Shown in pieces: positions 31,513-41,482 of a stretch of DNA of 64,000 nucleotides. The notes beneath the pieces were generated by a model. The model was not told the DNA's origin, did no database searches, and worked only from the letters and a program-made list of their open reading frames with translations. How positions within the stretch are numbered: the first letter of the stretch is position 1; each line of letters opens with the position of its first letter. The translations under genes were made by a program, and so were the position numbers. The stretch comes from Methanomassiliicoccaceae archaeon (lineage in GTDB: Archaea; Thermoplasmatota; Thermoplasmata; Methanomassiliicoccales; Methanomassiliicoccaceae), in contig JAXGZN010000002.1 of the NCBI GenBank assembly GCA_040776945.1, positions 672,001 through 736,000 of the forward strand, read 5' to 3'.

Positions 31513-31566
31513 ACCCGCGGCCTCGACATTGCGAATGTCGCGATCTTCCAGCTGATCTATCTGCCC
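31494..31566 (-). tRNA. tRNA-Ala(CGC)
   Basis: Acceptor GGGCAGA/TCTGTCC-A with G3:U70, anticodon arm CGACA-TTCGCAA-TGTCG, GGTTCAAATCC. Confidence 0.95.
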
Positions 31567-31732
31567 TTGTAGGTCGAGGTAATGGAATCCTGCTTATAAT
31601 CTTTTTCTCGACGGGCTCCTCGCCAGCACGTAAACGAACGACCTGCGCCACGATGAACGACATCCGAGATAGGAGTGCGATGGTACCCTCCTGTGGGTGT
31701 CGCTGAATGCGGCGCTGCACGAACGGATAAGG

Positions 31733-32480
31733 AATGCGTTCCTGTGTCCCCTAGGTGCCTTCCGAGAGCATCTCTCACGAGGCCGCGGGTCTATCGGTCC
31801 GGGAGGCCTTCATGCTGCACGACTGTCTAAGCCGGCTCCTTAGACGAACCGATCGTTTCCTCTTCAAGCCGTAACTCCTTATCGACATCCTTCCAAATTA
31901 GTGTGCCACCGCTGACCCGGCCATATGATGATCTCCATAGGAAAGCTCATCGAATCGGTCAGTTGCAAGTTGAACTCCCCTGATTCCCCGGAACCCTTCC
32001 TGCCCTATGCTCACGAGGCCCTCATCAAGACATACGGCTGAACAGGAGCGCGCGGCGGCCAAGGGAGCTCGGCGTGCCGGTGAACCTGGACATCGGGTTA
32101 AAAGAGATCGAGCTCCGCCACGGGCGGTCGCCGAAGCGGTTCAAGGCTATCGTCCCGGCGGCCGAGTGCGACGCCATCGTGGTGATCTCCAAGTTGAAGA
32201 TGCACTAACCGACCGAGTTGGCCGAGATCGTAAAGAACTTATGCAGCGTATTCACCGGACCTGATAAAGAGGCCATCCGTGCCAGGCTCAGGGAACACCG
32301 CCGGTTCTCCGACGCCCCGGTGGACCACATCGAACGCATGATGCCACACCTGCCGGTCATTCACAATGTGATGTCCATGCGGGATGACGGGTTGAGGTTC
32401 GTGCGGACCAACGCCGCCGGCCTCAGCGCGATCTTATAAGGGGCGAGCTGCGCGTGATTCTGCCATGAAAAAGCCATATG
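31733..32480 (+). pseudogene. degraded DUF362-family gene
   Basis: Fragments FLFKP*LL, CATADPAI and DAIVVISKLKMH*PTELAEIVKNL match DUF362 motifs (KPNL, THP, PKLKTH..VKN); several stops and frameshifts; ends approximate. Confidence 0.65.
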
Positions 32481-32546
32481 CATCGCGAACGGCCTGTCGG
32501 CGATCGGCCATGAACGGAAAGCCGAACGCTGGTTCCCACACAGGAT

Positions 32547-33449
32547 GTGGACCAACACGGCGATCGAACCCAAAAAGTGCCTGATGCAAGGCTCTACGAC
32601 CTTGTCATCAACTGTGTCCGGGCCCTGAGCCTGGCGCCGCAGGCCCTCTCAGAAGAGGTCTTGCTCCATGAGACCCTCTTCGCGACCTTTAAGGCGGCAT
32701 ATGCTCTTCCTGAGATGGGACGGATGGAGCTATATCGGATCTTCAACGAGCTGAGGGTCGACATGAGGACCCTCCTGATGGACCAGAAGGCCGAGCACCT
32801 GGAGAAGCTGCTTGACAATGCCATAGAGGCAAAGGCCGCCAGGATCGGCCAGCAGCAGGAGGTGAAGGAATACCTGGTCGGCATGCTCATCTCCCGCGAC
32901 AACTTCGCGCTGGAGGACCTGCTGGCGGCGATGGCCTTCCAGGGAACGAAGATCTCGCTGGAGATGCTGCTGGACGAACCGTCGGCCGACTGGTACATGA
33001 AACGGCCCATAATGGCAGAGTTCCCAACCAACGGGTTCGTGGTCGCGAGCGACATCCAGCTTAAGAAGGGCGCCAAGGCGCCAAGGATGGACGTGGCCGT
33101 GGTCAGGCGGGAGAAGGGAGATTACACCCTCTTCGGTTTCGCGGTCAACTCCAGCGCGCGGAAGGATGACGTGGCGAGGTGCTTCGCCCGTGCCGGGGGA
33201 TTCCTGGAACGCTGCGACGGCGCCTGCGTGGCCATATCGCCCATGACCTACGTGAGGCAGCACGATCTGGTCAGGGAGCTGATGGAGAAGGACCGCCGGA
33301 CCGGGGTGTGGGTGGTCAACCGGCACCGGCTCATGGCCGAGCTGCGCCCGGTGCCCGTCTTGAGCGGAAGGGACATGGACCGGTCCGAGGTGTTCCACTA
33401 CATCAACAACGCCATTAGGAGAAGGAAGGCCAAGGCCGCCGGGAAGTAA
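32547..33449 (+). CDS. hypothetical protein; C-terminal half resembles a PD-(D/E)XK fold
   Basis: DVAVV...FGFAVN...CDGACVA...GVWVV spacing; start uncertain. Confidence 0.65.
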   Translation: MDQHGDRTQKVPDARLYDLVINCVRALSLAPQALSEEVLLHETLFATFKAAYALPEMGRMELYRIFNELRVDMRTLLMDQKAEHLEKLLDNAIEAKAARIGQQQEVKEYLVGMLISRDNFALEDLLAAMAFQGTKISLEMLLDEPSADWYMKRPIMAEFPTNGFVVASDIQLKKGAKAPRMDVAVVRREKGDYTLFGFAVNSSARKDDVARCFARAGGFLERCDGACVAISPMTYVRQHDLVRELMEKDRRTGVWVVNRHRLMAELRPVPVLSGRDMDRSEVFHYINNAIRRRKAKAAGK

Positions 33450-33491
33450 GCTTATTGGACCATGAGGTCCCTATCATGCCGCTGAACGCGC

Positions 33492-33773
33492 ATGAACCGG
33501 AAGCTGAGGATCGAACTGGGCAACGAGCTGGTGCTGGCCCTGGACGCCAACCCCAGCACAGGCTACTCCTGGGAAGCGGCGTTCGACGACGGGTCCCTGG
33601 CGCTGCTCAAGCAGGAGTACCGGAGCGCCTCCGACCTCATCGGCGGGGGCGGCAAGACCATTTTCACCTTCCGGCCGGTCAAGGAGGGCGTCTCCACCAT
33701 CGTCCTTAGGTACAGGAGGCCATGGGAGCCCGAGCCGATCAAGACGGTGAGCTTCGAGGTCACTGTTTCCTGA
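33492..33773 (+). CDS. chagasin-family protease inhibitor (I42)
   Basis: NPSTGYSW, GGGG, YRRPWE. Confidence 0.92.
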   Translation: MNRKLRIELGNELVLALDANPSTGYSWEAAFDDGSLALLKQEYRSASDLIGGGGKTIFTFRPVKEGVSTIVLRYRRPWEPEPIKTVSFEVTVS

Positions 33774-33913
33774 GATGGCCTGCCCTTCGTACGATGATGA
33801 AGGGAGCGCCTCTTCCGCGTCCGGAGGCCGGAAACGCTCGCCGGGGGGAGCGCTGTCCTTATAGGTGTCGGCCCTGGCAGATTATTTAGCTTCGGGCCGC
33901 CAACAAGACAATC

Positions 33914-34369
33914 ATGTTCCCAATGAGATGGAAGGAAGAGCAGGCCGGGGTCGACAGGGCCCCGAAGGCCGAGCCTCCGCTAGTCGAGATGGTCCATCGC
34001 GCCATCTTCTTCAGGGAGGACGCCCTCATGAAGGACAATCCTGACGCCCGGATCGACATAGAGCTTCAGGACAGCGAGCCTAGGGCCATCCTATGGTTGG
34101 TCGCGCCAGGCGGGAAGGTGTTGAGCAAGGAGTTCGTGGAAACGGCGTTTTCCGCCGACAAGGAAGGAAGGGACGAGGAGTACATCGATGCGGCAAGGCG
34201 CTACGGAAGCATCGCCGTGCACTATCCAGGAATGCTGATGACAAAGGAGCATGTGATCCGCCGACTGGCCGACCTCTGGGTCAAGATCGGGGACCGGAAC
34301 GTGCAAGAGAAAGCGATCATCAAGGGCTTCCTGTACGATAGCGGCGGAAGGCCGATGCTGGAGGTGTGA
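33914..34369 (+). CDS. hypothetical protein, apparent paralog of 11086..11472
   Basis: EFVETAFS / Y..A / IAVHYP / FLYDS. Confidence 0.7.
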   Translation: MFPMRWKEEQAGVDRAPKAEPPLVEMVHRAIFFREDALMKDNPDARIDIELQDSEPRAILWLVAPGGKVLSKEFVETAFSADKEGRDEEYIDAARRYGSIAVHYPGMLMTKEHVIRRLADLWVKIGDRNVQEKAIIKGFLYDSGGRPMLEV

Positions 34370-34411
34370 TCATAACCTTCTCGAAGGCATCGGGCGTCCA
34401 GAAGCTCGGGG

Positions 34412-34909
34412 TCATACTCCGGGCGGGGCGCCGATCGATGTGATGACGCTGCGGGCGAACTCCTTGGACCGAGAAAGGCTGCCCGGGGCCAGCGGGCCCC
34501 TGATGCCGGTGACCTCGACGCGCAGCATGTCCGGATAGGGGCTCAGTCCCCTCTTCTCGGCCAGGGCCCTCATCCGGGGAGCGGCCCCGTTCTCCGTCCA
34601 CTTGGCCATGCGCTCCCTCTGCCTCTCGTCCTCCGGCAGGCGCATGACCGTATCGAACACCACCACTGGCCTCGTGGACCATCGCTCCCTCTTCAGGCGC
34701 TTCAAGAACCTCTTGGCCCGGCCGGTCATCCGGCCGTTCCTGGTGGGGGAACCGATGAACGCGATGTCGGCCTCCGCTCCGCGGGGCACCCGAAGGCCGA
34801 GGTCGATGACCTCCACCTCGAGCCCCATCTCCCTCAGCTCCTCGGCGATGGCCTCCGCCACCCTCATGGTGTTCTTGAACACGCTGTCGAACGCCACCAC
34901 TCCTTTCAT
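34412..34909 (-). CDS. flavodoxin-like protein
   Basis: FDSVFKNTMRVAEAIA, IGSPT, FDT. Confidence 0.85.
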   Translation of the reverse strand: MKGVVAFDSVFKNTMRVAEAIAEELREMGLEVEVIDLGLRVPRGAEADIAFIGSPTRNGRMTGRAKRFLKRLKRERWSTRPVVVFDTVMRLPEDERQRERMAKWTENGAAPRMRALAEKRGLSPYPDMLRVEVTGIRGPLAPGSLSRSKEFARSVITSIGAPPGV

Positions 34910-35040
34910 GCGCACCCTCTGCAGCGTCGCTATCTCCAACCTCATCTAAGAACGTGACGATTGCCGGTGGACCCGCGCGATGGGCGGAGAAGGCCACACC
35001 GGCAAAAGGATAAACAGGACCGCGCCCATTCCCGGCCCTC

Positions 35041-35883
35041 ATGCTGTCAATAAAGACCGTCAACATACCGTTCAAGGTCCCCGTCGCCCCGGGCCGGGCG
35101 CTGGACCGCTCCGTCAACGTTTTCGTCATCGAGGGCGAGGACCTCGTCCTTGTGGACTCAGGGGTCAAAGGTTCGGAGAAGCTCATATTCCAACAGGTCC
35201 GGGCCATGGGGCGGCGGCCGAACGAGATCAAGAGGCTCGTCCTGACCCATTCCCATCCGGAACACATCGGGGCGGCGCCGGAGATCGTTGCCGCCACTGG
35301 ATGCCAGGTCCTCGCCCACCGGGCCGAGAGGGCCTGGATCGAGGTCCCTTCCATGCAGAACAAGCAAAGGCCGTTCCCCGGCTTCGATTCCTTGGTCTCC
35401 GGCCCGGTGAGGATAGACCGGACCGTCGCGGACGGGGACAGCATAGGCATCGCCGGGCAGAACATCAAGGTGGTCCACACTCCCGGCCATTCTCCCGGCT
35501 CCATTACCCTGTGGTCACCGGCGGAGAGGGTCGCCATAACCGGGGACGCCGTGCCGGTCCCCGGCATGCTCCCGGTCTATGATGACGCGTTCGATGCTCT
35601 GGGCTCTCTCCGCCGGCTGCGGACGCTGGGCATGGACATCATGCTGTCCTCCTGGGATGACATGCTGGAAGGGCAGGAGATCAACAGGCGCCTGGATGCC
35701 GCGATGCTCTTGGTACAGACGGTCCACCGCTCGGTGGTGCGCAGCTCGAACGGCATGGAGGTCACGCCCGCGCTTCTGGAGGCCGTGGCCAGGGACATCG
35801 GGGTGCCTGACGGGGCGGCCGATCCCATGCTGGCCCGAACCGTGCTTTCGCACCTCCGGTACAAGCACAACGTGTCCAGGTGA
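35041..35883 (+). CDS. MBL-fold metallohydrolase
   Basis: THSHPEHIG, HTPGHSPG, GDA. Confidence 0.9.
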   Translation: MLSIKTVNIPFKVPVAPGRALDRSVNVFVIEGEDLVLVDSGVKGSEKLIFQQVRAMGRRPNEIKRLVLTHSHPEHIGAAPEIVAATGCQVLAHRAERAWIEVPSMQNKQRPFPGFDSLVSGPVRIDRTVADGDSIGIAGQNIKVVHTPGHSPGSITLWSPAERVAITGDAVPVPGMLPVYDDAFDALGSLRRLRTLGMDIMLSSWDDMLEGQEINRRLDAAMLLVQTVHRSVVRSSNGMEVTPALLEAVARDIGVPDGAADPMLARTVLSHLRYKHNVSR

Positions 35884-35884
35884 C

Positions 35885-37246
35885 CTAGATGATCTTCCGG
35901 CCCAGCTCCGCTTCCGCCCGGGCGATGGTGCGGTCCACCATCTCCGGGGCCTTGCCCAGGTAGTTGTCCGGCTCCATGACCGCCTCAAGCTCTTTAGCTG
36001 AAAGGAGCTTCTTGACCGTGCTGTTGGCCTTCAAGGCCTCCTTGAGCCCCTTTCCCTCGGCCTCGGCCGCCATGCTCACATTGCGGACGAGCTCGTGCGC
36101 CTCCTGCCTTCCCAGGCCTTTGTTCGCCAGGGCAAGGAGGACAGCTTCGGCCATGATGAAACCGTTGGCCGACTCGATGTTCCGGCGCATGTTCTGCTTG
36201 TTCACGGTCAGGTTGGCGAACACTTCGTTCATCTTTGCCAGGATGTCGTCGGTGAGCACCGCAACGTGAGGGAGGATGAACCGCTCGGCCGAGGAGTTCG
36301 ACAGGTCCCGCTCGTGCCAAAGGACCATGCACTCCATCTGCGGGGCGAGATAGGACCGCACGACCCGCGCCAGTCCGGAGACGTTCTCCGAGAGCATGGG
36401 GTTCTTCTTCTGGGCCATGGTGGACGATCCGACCTGCTTCTTGGCATCGAAGGCCTCGGCGATCTCGCCGATCTCGGAGCGCTGCAGGTTCCGCACCTCG
36501 GTGGCATAGCGCTCGCATGAGGTGGAGATGAGGCCAAGCTCGAAGACCAGCTCTGCGTAGCGGTCGCGGCATACCAGCTGGGTCGCCGCCTCCTCCTGCC
36601 CCAGGCCCAGGTCCTTCATGACCAGGTCCTGGATCCGGAAGAACCTGTCCCCGAAGCCGGCCCCGGTGCCGATGGCCCCGGACATCTTGCCCACGCATAC
36701 CCGGGGGCGGATCTCCATGATCCGCTGCCGATGCCTCAGCAGCTCGGAGATGTAGCCGGCCAGCTTGAAGCCCAGTGTCGTGGGTATGGCGAACTGGCCG
36801 TGGGTGCGCCCCATCATGACCGTCCTCCTGTGCTTGAAGGCCAGGGCGGACATGGTGATGATAAGGCCGTCGAGGTCCCGCTCGATGATGTCCAGAGCGC
36901 TCTTGAACCCGAGCGCCGCGGCGGTGTCCACGATGTCATTGGAAGTGGCGCCGAGATGCACATAGCGTCCGGCATCCCCGCACTGCTCCGCAATGGCGGT
37001 GACCATGGCCATTACGTCGTGCTTCATCTCGGCCTCGATGGCCTTTACCCGTTCCAACCTGACGATCTCGGGGCGGCACTTCGCAGAGATGACCTCCGCC
37101 GCCTCCGCGGGGATGTTGCCTACCTCGGCATGCGCCCGGGCGAGGGCCGCCTCCACAAGCAGCTGAGCGCTAAGGCGGCTCTCCTCGGAGAACAGCGCCT
37201 TCATCTCCTTTCTTCCATAGCGATAATCAAGGGGACAGATGAGCAT
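35885..37246 (-). CDS. purB: adenylosuccinate lyase
   Basis: HLGATSND, GRTHGQ, GSSTMAQKKNP, HERDLSNSSAER. Confidence 0.97.
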   Translation of the reverse strand: MLICPLDYRYGRKEMKALFSEESRLSAQLLVEAALARAHAEVGNIPAEAAEVISAKCRPEIVRLERVKAIEAEMKHDVMAMVTAIAEQCGDAGRYVHLGATSNDIVDTAAALGFKSALDIIERDLDGLIITMSALAFKHRRTVMMGRTHGQFAIPTTLGFKLAGYISELLRHRQRIMEIRPRVCVGKMSGAIGTGAGFGDRFFRIQDLVMKDLGLGQEEAATQLVCRDRYAELVFELGLISTSCERYATEVRNLQRSEIGEIAEAFDAKKQVGSSTMAQKKNPMLSENVSGLARVVRSYLAPQMECMVLWHERDLSNSSAERFILPHVAVLTDDILAKMNEVFANLTVNKQNMRRNIESANGFIMAEAVLLALANKGLGRQEAHELVRNVSMAAEAEGKGLKEALKANSTVKKLLSAKELEAVMEPDNYLGKAPEMVDRTIARAEAELGRKII

Positions 37247-37454
37247 AATGGACCCATGGATAAAAGCCGGCCGATTTATAACTATTCCATAACGGGTGCT
37301 CCCCGCCGCCGGAGCCGCCGTCGAACCCGCGGAAAAAACCGGCCCTCCTGGACATGATCGCCGGCATGGCGCATCGCGTGCGCGGAGCCTGAGCGGAAAT
37401 CCTTTATAGTGATATGGTTAATATTGACGCCAGCGTATATTGTGAGATGAGAAG

Positions 37455-39077
37455 ATGCCGTTCTCCCTGACCTCTGAGAGACAACGGGGAAAGGTCCCCC
37501 AGGTACTGCTAGACTTCATGCGAGCACCGGGAGGGCACTCGCTCATGCTCAAGGGCGACGCTGGTACAGGAAAGACCACCTTGGCCCTTCAGGTGATCGA
37601 GGAGCTTGCTGACGAGCAGCCCGATTATTACCTGTCCACGCGGGTATCGGACGAGGCGCTGTTCCGCCAGTTCCCATGGGCACGGGACCGGGCCAAGAGG
37701 GACAATATCCTGAAGGCGGGGAAGGCCTTCCTCAGAAGGAGCAAGGAGATCCAGCCGGGGGCCGGGGACTCATCGGCCGCCGAGCACCTCACGCTCCTCG
37801 CGGCCAAGGACCTCCTCAAGGTGCTGAACAAGCAGGAACAGTCGCCGTCGGTGGTGCGCTCTGAGCTGCAGAGGCTGGAAGGCCAGGTGGAGGCCGGAGA
37901 GGTCGGGGGAGAGGGCGAGGACGGCTTCACCGGAGAGATAACCCAGGACGAGATCACTCTGGACCTTGGCATTATCCTCCCGGAGCTGGAGGTCGCCTAT
38001 GACCTGGCAGAGTCGAACCTGCCGAGAAAGACCCTGATAGTGGTCGATTCGATAAACGCTCTCTCGGAAAGGTACGGCATTAGCGCGGAGAGGATCATCA
38101 ACACCCTTCAGAAGGACCTTGTGGAGAACTCAGGGACCAACATCATCTACACGCTCGAAGAGGCAGGGAAGACCGGCCTGGACTACCTGGGGGACGGGGT
38201 CATCCAGCTCGAGTCCGGCGACATAGACGGCCGCAGGATAAGGCAGATGGTGATCGAGAAGCTCAGAGGGGTCTCCGTGGAGCAGTGGAAGTACTACCTC
38301 ACGCTCACAGGCGGCCGCATGTCGGTCTTCGAGCCCACCTGGGTCAAGATACCGGAGCACATGCAGAAGCACGCGGCGGTTAAGGACCCGACCTCCAGGA
38401 CCGTGTCCTCCGGCAACTTCTATATGGACCAGTACCTCGGCGGCCTGCCCAAAGGCTCCCTGGTCCTCTGGGAGTTCGATCTGGATGTCCACCTCGACGT
38501 GGTCCGCTGCCTTGAGCTGGGGGTCATGAGCGATTTCCTGGAGAAGGGGCGCGGAGTTGTATGGCTTCCGACCTATGCGACCGACTACTCCGTCATAGAG
38601 GAGCAGATGCGCATGCTGGTAGGGACCGGACCGTTGGCCAAGAGCTTCCGCATTCTGGACACCGAGGCCGGGCAGGAGCAGAGCTATCCCTTCTTGACCG
38701 CCATCGAGGGGGAGAACGCCGGGCAGGACCTTCGAATGTCCCAGATCAAGTACATGCTGGGCGATTCCGCTGCACCATACCTGAGCGTGCTGGGGTACGA
38801 CGCCATGGAGGGAGTGTACGGCTCGGGAGTGTTCAGGCAGACTCTGGCCCATATAGACGCGATGAGGCGGGCCGGACATGTCGTGGTGGCCATCGCCTCG
38901 GCGATGTCGCAGTCCCTCCCCATGCTCCGGGAGCAGGCCAAGATCCATCTTCGCTTCAAGAACATGGCCGGATGCGTAATGCTCGCGGGCATGAAGCCTC
39001 ATACCCCGTACTATTACCTTGACTTCTCCGGCTCCGCGGACAAGCTTCCCGCGCCCAGGCTGATACCGATGATCTAG
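37455..39077 (+). CDS. KaiC/RAD55/GvpD-like two-domain ATPase
   Basis: GDAGTGKT, VVDS, DYLGDGVI, EKLRG; second domain lacks Walker A. Confidence 0.85.
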   Translation: MPFSLTSERQRGKVPQVLLDFMRAPGGHSLMLKGDAGTGKTTLALQVIEELADEQPDYYLSTRVSDEALFRQFPWARDRAKRDNILKAGKAFLRRSKEIQPGAGDSSAAEHLTLLAAKDLLKVLNKQEQSPSVVRSELQRLEGQVEAGEVGGEGEDGFTGEITQDEITLDLGIILPELEVAYDLAESNLPRKTLIVVDSINALSERYGISAERIINTLQKDLVENSGTNIIYTLEEAGKTGLDYLGDGVIQLESGDIDGRRIRQMVIEKLRGVSVEQWKYYLTLTGGRMSVFEPTWVKIPEHMQKHAAVKDPTSRTVSSGNFYMDQYLGGLPKGSLVLWEFDLDVHLDVVRCLELGVMSDFLEKGRGVVWLPTYATDYSVIEEQMRMLVGTGPLAKSFRILDTEAGQEQSYPFLTAIEGENAGQDLRMSQIKYMLGDSAAPYLSVLGYDAMEGVYGSGVFRQTLAHIDAMRRAGHVVVAIASAMSQSLPMLREQAKIHLRFKNMAGCVMLAGMKPHTPYYYLDFSGSADKLPAPRLIPMI

Positions 39078-39235
39078 GGACCATCGGAGCCCTTCCTCTC
39101 CTTCTCTCCATGCTGGAGTTCCGGGAGAGAGGGAGGCCTATTAAAATATTGCCGTCAGATGCGTATTCGATACAGAAATCGGGAATCGAGAACCAGAAAA
39201 AAGGCCGTTTCGGGGGTCGATATATCATGACGCGT

Positions 39236-39290
39236 TCAATATCTGGATAGATATTGATGAAATAATTAAAATAATATCAGCACTGATATT
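39236..39290. promoter_or_regulatory. two palindromic sites AATATC-N6-GATATT
   Basis: tcaatatct-ggat-agatattga (39236-39257) and aatatcag-ca-ctgatatt (39273-39290), upstream of a wHTH gene. Confidence 0.65.
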
Positions 39291-39330
39291 TTTATGCGAA
39301 TAACTTTAATAACCCCGACAATTCCTCAGC

Positions 39331-39699
39331 ATGATGGAAGGGAACGAGTTCCGTGATGAGGAGTTGTCGCGGCTCATATCCGACGAGTATGCCAGTAAGA
39401 TACTCAGTGCCACGTACAGGCACCCGATGTCGGTACAGCAGCTCAGCCGCGAGTGTGGCATCCCCATCGCCGTCGCCTACAGGAGGGTGGCCAAGATGGA
39501 GGAGCATGGGCTGGTGAAGTGCGTCGGCTATGAGGAGGTGTACCGCGGTAAGAAGGTCTCCTACTACGAGTGCGCGATCAACATGGCCAAGGTGACCTTC
39601 GAGGGCGGCAAGTTCGACGTGGAGGTCGATTTCCTGCCAGAGACCGAATTCTCTCACGTGGGCCCTCCGCCGGTGATCGGTGAAGGAGAGGATGCGTGA
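39331..39699 (+). CDS. winged-helix (ArsR-like) transcription regulator
   Basis: DEYASKIL...LSRECGIPIAVAYRRV..ME..GL. Confidence 0.85.
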   Translation: MMEGNEFRDEELSRLISDEYASKILSATYRHPMSVQQLSRECGIPIAVAYRRVAKMEEHGLVKCVGYEEVYRGKKVSYYECAINMAKVTFEGGKFDVEVDFLPETEFSHVGPPPVIGEGEDA

Positions 39700-39846
39700 A
39701 CCGAAAGGCCTAAATTGTCAGTCCCTAGATGATCAGGGTGTTAAACAAAATCATTAAAATTCAACAAGGCTTTCCCCCTTCCAAGGGGGATGGGTTCTCT
39801 GGACGGTACGGGACAACGACAATTTAATATAAAGTCCATATCCCCA

Positions 39847-40287
39847 ATGATGGGAGATGATGAGGGGATTGGAATAGACATTCTTCGGGTATCGCAGCTG
39901 CTGACCGACGAATATTCCATCAAGATACTTGTGGCCACGGTACGCCAGCCTAAATCGGCCCAGGACATCGCGGCCAAGTATGGGATCCCTATCGCCGCTA
40001 CATATCGCCGCATAAAGGACCTTGAGGCCGCCGGCCTTTTGGTGTGCCAGGAAAGGAGATTGTCCCAGCAGGGAAAGCGGGTATCATACTATCTATCGAT
40101 GCTCAAGAACGCTTACGTCTTCTTCGAGGACGGGACGCTAAAGGTGAAGTTCCAGCTCAAGACCGGCGGGGCCGACCGCTTCGGCGATGAATGGCATGAG
40201 GTCCAGCTGGAGCCCGGCAAGCCTGACGGAAAGAGCAATGGAGGCAATAGCAGCAGGAAGGAAGGCAAAGAGGACGAAAACCAATAG
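39847..40287 (+). CDS. winged-helix (ArsR-like) transcription regulator, paralog of the previous gene
   Basis: DEYSIKIL...IAAKYGIPIAATYRRI..LE..GL. Confidence 0.85.
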   Translation: MMGDDEGIGIDILRVSQLLTDEYSIKILVATVRQPKSAQDIAAKYGIPIAATYRRIKDLEAAGLLVCQERRLSQQGKRVSYYLSMLKNAYVFFEDGTLKVKFQLKTGGADRFGDEWHEVQLEPGKPDGKSNGGNSSRKEGKEDENQ

Positions 40288-40395
40288 CTGGCCCAAGACG
40301 GCCCCTGACCCAAAAAATAGCAAATATTATAAGCAAGCGTCAGTATGCCCATTATCGCCAAGCAATTTTATTCGCTTGCTATTGAGTGTGAACGT

Positions 40396-41265
40396 ATGAC
40401 TGAACTCTTGGAGGAGCTCGAACAAAAGCGCCAACTCCATAACGTCGAGGCCGAGAGGCACAGGAAGGCCCGCGACGAACTGAATGAGAAGACCAGGGAA
40501 TGGGTTGAGAAGAGAGATGCCCTGAACGCGAAGGTCAGGGAGCTAGTTGACAAGGCCGCCAAGCACCGCGAGGCCAGGGACCAGCTGAACGTCAAGGTCC
40601 GGGAATCGAAGGAGCATAGGGACAAGTGGAACAAACTGGTCAACGAGCTGAACGAGAAGGTCACCAAGATCAAGAAGGAGAACCTTCCCAAGAACGGCCC
40701 CCCGGTCTCCAAGCTTAAGAAGGAGCTCAAGGCCCTTGAGTTCAAGCAGATGACGTCCGTGCTCACCAAGGACAAGGAGCAGGAGCTCATAGAGCAGATG
40801 GGCCATCTGCAGGCGCAGATAAAGGAGCGCGAGAAGGCCTACGACCAGAACGAAGAGGTCAAGAACGCCATAAAGGAACTTCGGGAGGCAAAGGACCAGG
40901 CCGAGGCGTTCCACCGCTCCGTGTCCGAATCCGCCGAGAAGGCCCAGGCCGAACATGATGCCATGATCGACCTCTATGAGGAGGCCGATGCCCTGAGGAA
41001 GGAGGCCGACAGCGCCCAGGAGTCGTTCATCGCCAACAAGGTCAACGCCGACGAGGAGCACAAGAAGCATATCGAGAACATCCGTCAGGTGCATGACTAC
41101 GACAAGATCATCGCCGGCATGAGGCAGAAGGCCAGGAAGGCCAAGAAGAAGGATGACGAGGCCTCGGCCAAAGAGGAGGCGGAGAAGATCTTCGACCGGT
41201 TCAAGGCCGGGGAGAAGCTCAGCACCGAGGACCTGATGGCCCTCCAGAAGTCTGGCTATCTATAG
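40396..41265 (+). CDS. archaeal coiled-coil protein (COG1340-like)
   Basis: RDELN repeats, LEFKQMT, C-terminal FKAGEKLSTEDLMALQ. Confidence 0.85.
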   Translation: MTELLEELEQKRQLHNVEAERHRKARDELNEKTREWVEKRDALNAKVRELVDKAAKHREARDQLNVKVRESKEHRDKWNKLVNELNEKVTKIKKENLPKNGPPVSKLKKELKALEFKQMTSVLTKDKEQELIEQMGHLQAQIKEREKAYDQNEEVKNAIKELREAKDQAEAFHRSVSESAEKAQAEHDAMIDLYEEADALRKEADSAQESFIANKVNADEEHKKHIENIRQVHDYDKIIAGMRQKARKAKKKDDEASAKEEAEKIFDRFKAGEKLSTEDLMALQKSGYL

Positions 41266-41482
41266 ACCATTCCAAACCCCTTATCCTTTCATCTTTCTCT
41301 GTCTATATTATTCGAAATTCCTGACATAAGCTATATATACACTAGAGATAATATTAGGAACGGGAAGCGTTGGGCTAGTTTACAGAGTGCATCCCATCCC
41401 TTCTGACAGAGCTAGCCCTTCCCACTTCCTTTTTTTGTCCGGTCCTGTTTCGCGGATATTATCCCGCGATGGAAGTGGCCTC

